Below, in pieces: positions 7,971 through 9,440 of a stretch of 9,440 nucleotides of DNA. Under the pieces are notes generated by a model. The model did not search any database and was not told where the DNA came from. It saw nothing but the letters and a program-made list of their open reading frames with translations. Origin of the DNA: a virus (taxonomy: Duplodnaviria; Heunggongvirae; Uroviricota; Caudoviricetes); IMG/VR virus record IMGVR_UViG_3300023038_000043, positions 1 through 9,440 of that record; one strand, 5' to 3'. Positions within the stretch are counted from its first letter, which is position 1; each line of letters begins with the position of its first letter. The position numbers were made by a program, and so were the translations under genes.

Positions 7971-7984
7971 TGTAATGCTGGTGA

Positions 7985-8167
7985 TCAGTTCTGCGTACAC
8001 AGTCGAACGCCATCAATAAGCTGGCAGACCTGAAACGCGGTATCGAAAAGCTGGCGCGCCTTATCCAGACTGACGCATCCCACCAGGAAAAAAGGCACCA
8101 GTATCGCTACCAGTGCCCATTTCGCCGCCGTTCGCGGCATTCTGTGTGTCCAGTGTTTTCGGTTCAT
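7985..8167 (-). CDS. Small lipoprotein-like / membrane protein (60 aa) with candidate lipobox LVGC
   Basis: ATG at 8167..8165 lies 1 nt after the upstream 37-aa ORF stop (TGAcATG), preceded by a GGTGGTG SD-like sequence. Basic n-region, hydrophobic h-region (WALVAILVPFFLVG), then Cys, leaving a roughly 29-aa mature peptide with 3 Cys. An internal ATG at 8140 would give a canonical 22-aa signal peptide. Confidence 0.5.
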   Translation of the reverse strand: MNRKHWTHRMPRTAAKWALVAILVPFFLVGCVSLDKARQLFDTAFQVCQLIDGVRLCTQN

Positions 8168-8168
8168 G

Positions 8169-8282
8169 TCACCACCAACGCACAGCCAAAATCAGAACAG
8201 CAATCACCACAAGGCGAATTGCAAAGGCCGCAGCCCTTGTCAAATCAAGGCTCGCGGGAGTTTCCACTTCAATACCTTTCAT
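8169..8282 (-). CDS. 37-aa tail-anchored hydrophobic peptide (below the ORF-track length cutoff)
   Basis: Hand translation: ATG at 8282..8280, GAGG 9 nt upstream, product MKGIEVETPASLDLTRAAAFAIRLVVIAVLILAVRWW, stop TGA at 8171..8169, tightly coupled to the 60-aa gene. A TATAAA -10-like hexamer (rc of 8307-8312) lies upstream. Confidence 0.4.
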   Translation of the reverse strand: MKGIEVETPASLDLTRAAAFAIRLVVIAVLILAVRWW

Positions 8283-8373
8283 AATGGACAACCTCAAAAA
8301 GAATCTTTTATACTTTCCCACGAGGATTTTCTCCGTACTCACTACTCACAATTTCCTCTTTGACGTGAAAACT

Positions 8374-8416
8374 AAAAACCCCGGACTGTTCCAGCAGCCG
8401 GGGTTTTGTTTTTTAT
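8374..8416. terminator. Strong bidirectional rho-independent terminator
   Basis: AAAAA (8374-8378), stem CCCCGG(A)CTG (8379-8388), 6-nt loop, CAGCCGGGG (8395-8403), then TTTTGTTTTTTATTT (8404-8416). Stem is 9 bp with one bulge. U-tracts are available on both strands. Sits immediately after the 93-aa gene stop. Confidence 0.75.
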
Positions 8417-8694
8417 TTACTGCCTTGGGTGCGGCATCTGGCTATTTCATTCCTGGCTTTACTGTCACCGCGACAGATACAACGCACCGTGTCTCCGGTC
8501 AGCGTGGTAATGTAGGCTTCATCCGTTTTTTCCACCGAAATGCATGGTACATTTCCATCCCGGCAATACTCCACTTGGGCAGCAAGGTGAGTGTTGCGCG
8601 GGTAAAATTCCAGGCGATACATATTCCCCAGAACATGCACTTCTTCAACCTGACGCCCATCTTCCGTTACCGTGATTTTTTTCAGTGCGTACAT
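8413..8694 (-). CDS. Hypothetical Cys-containing protein (93 aa), no recognised family
   Basis: ATG at 8694..8692 with perfect GGAGG 5 nt upstream (rc of 8700-8704); MYALKKITVTEDGRQVEEVHVLGNMYRLEFYPRNTHLAAQVEYCRDGNVPCISVEKTD...CICRGD...; no TM segment or signal peptide. Bracketed by terminator-like hairpins on both sides. Confidence 0.55.
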   Translation of the reverse strand: MYALKKITVTEDGRQVEEVHVLGNMYRLEFYPRNTHLAAQVEYCRDGNVPCISVEKTDEAYITTLTGDTVRCICRGDSKARNEIARCRTQGSK

Positions 8695-8723
8695 ACATAC
8701 CTCCGTTCTTTCGTTTTTTGAGC

Positions 8724-8747
8724 AATAAAAAAGCCGCTCATGGCGGC
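8724..8747 (-). terminator. Candidate rho-independent terminator downstream of the endolysin gene (5-bp GC stem plus U-run on the minus-strand transcript)
   Basis: gccgc (8733-8737) / gcggc (8743-8747) stem with tcatg loop; on the minus-strand RNA the hairpin is followed by UUUUUUAUU (rc of 8724-8732). Short stem, so strength is uncertain. Confidence 0.35.
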
Positions 8748-8764
8748 CCTGTATGTTTTGCAAG

Positions 8765-9142
8765 CTATCGTTTCAATTGAAAATGTGGGCCGTCTTTAAG
8801 CGTCCGCCAGTCACCGCCCCATTCGATGGCAGTTCCAAGCTCTGCGGCAGCCTGCTTAAATGCCTGCGCGATTTTCTCGTACAGAGGCCAGTCCCATGAC
8901 ACCTGGCTGCCAACATAAGCCACAACATCCACAGCATCACCGGTCAGGTGGCGGCTGTTCATGGTCTGGCTTTTCCCTTCCGCGACCAGCTGTTTCTGGC
9001 GTTCTTTCGTGCGCAGCCCTTCCGTAATACCGAAATCAACCTCCGTCAGCTCCAGCGCACGGCGAACAACAGCAACCAGCTGTGGTTTGACGCCCTCCAG
9101 ATTTTTTTCACTGCGACGACTGAATCTGAATTTACCCGACAT
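8765..9142 (-). CDS. Endolysin, peptidase M15 family (VanY / L-alanyl-D-glutamate peptidase-like)
   Basis: ATG at 9142..9140 with GGAGG 5 nt upstream; the track ORF begins at an upstream GTG that overlaps the SD. Motifs SRHLTGDAVDV and WGGDW...DGPHFQL match the His/Asp/His zinc-binding signature of M15 peptidases as I recall it. Immediately downstream of a membrane protein. Confidence 0.82.
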   Translation of the reverse strand: MSGKFRFSRRSEKNLEGVKPQLVAVVRRALELTEVDFGITEGLRTKERQKQLVAEGKSQTMNSRHLTGDAVDVVAYVGSQVSWDWPLYEKIAQAFKQAAAELGTAIEWGGDWRTLKDGPHFQLKR

Positions 9143-9144
9143 GC

Positions 9145-9420
9145 TCACCTCCGGAATGAAAGGATTTTTGAAACGTTCCCGCGTGCACGTATCACCAGCA
9201 CGCAGAACAGCAGATTAAGCCCCACCGCCAGCCAGTTCGCCGCTAACGGGCGACCGCACAGATAGCTGAGTGGTGCAAAGGCATAAAGCAGCATCAGTAG
9301 CCAGGCCAGCCATGACATCAGCGGTTTATGTCTCGACTCACCACGACGATAAAAAAAGAGCGTCAGCACGATAACCGTGCTTAACACCACATTCAGTAAT
9401 CCGGGAAGGTTACTTAACAT
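9145..9420 (-). CDS. Putative holin (three predicted TM segments, 91 aa)
   Basis: ATG at 9420..9418 with GGAGG 5 nt upstream (rc of 9426-9430); the track ORF starts at an upstream GTG. Three hydrophobic stretches; the stop lies 2 nt from the endolysin ATG and overlaps its SD. Called by position and topology only. Confidence 0.55.
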   Translation of the reverse strand: MLSNLPGLLNVVLSTVIVLTLFFYRRGESRHKPLMSWLAWLLMLLYAFAPLSYLCGRPLAANWLAVGLNLLFCVLVIRARGNVSKILSFRR

Positions 9421-9440
9421 TACCGCCTCCACCCCGCAGA

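Noticed and set aside
7985-8282. Interpreting the 37-aa and 60-aa proteins as an Rz/Rz1-type spanin pair
   Set aside because: The predicted periplasmic portions (about 20 and 29 aa) are far too short to span the periplasm. Gene order (TM protein before lipoprotein, not embedded or overlapping in the usual way) and the lack of Pro-richness also do not fit o-spanins.
8113-8721. 202-aa plus-strand ORF spanning the accessory region
   Set aside because: It runs straight through the strong terminator at 8374-8416 and is antisense to three minus-strand genes that have good RBSs and coupling. It has no convincing SD, and its length is most likely a by-product of the opposite-strand coding sequence.
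8695-8765. A sigma70 promoter for the 93-aa gene (TTGCAA near 8751-8756 on the minus strand)
   Set aside because: No acceptable -10 hexamer lies at 16-18 bp spacing from it; the region is better explained by the terminator-like hairpin. Promoter status is left unassigned.
1-9440. CRISPR arrays, tRNA/rRNA genes, integrase, transposase or IS elements
   Set aside because: I found no periodic repeat-spacer structure, no cloverleaf-compatible segments in the short non-coding gaps, and no recombinase-like ORFs. Coding density leaves little room for them; a formal tRNA or covariance-model scan was not possible.

Overview
The window reads as one contiguous late region of an HK97-like, cos-packaging tailed prophage, almost entirely on the minus strand, with composition and codon usage that look enterobacterial. 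In transcription order (high to low coordinates) it runs: holin-like membrane protein and M15-peptidase endolysin (9420-8765); a small accessory stretch (8700-7670) holding a 93-aa Cys-containing ORF between two terminators, a tightly coupled 37-aa/60-aa small membrane/lipoprotein-like pair, and a convergent AT-rich 70-aa two-TM gene on the plus strand with its own promoter-like and terminator-like signals; an HNH endonuclease (7664-7314); a GC-rich nested inverted-repeat region with an IHF-consensus match that I interpret as the candidate cos site (7181-7296); terminase small and large subunits (7167-4928); an unexpected 60-aa membrane ORF (4916-4734); portal, prohead protease and major capsid protein (4734-1625); then gp6-like connector, head-closure protein, an HK97 gp10-family protein and the 5' part of the next tail-proximal gene (1581-1). 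The head/packaging calls rest on recognisable family-level sequence features and classic gene order; the small genes are supported only by RBS, coupling and hydropathy. No rRNA, tRNA, CRISPR array, integrase or transposase was seen. The most unusual part is the 7670-8700 accessory stretch, and the lysis cassette has no recognisable spanin. All family assignments are from reading the translations by eye, not from database searches.
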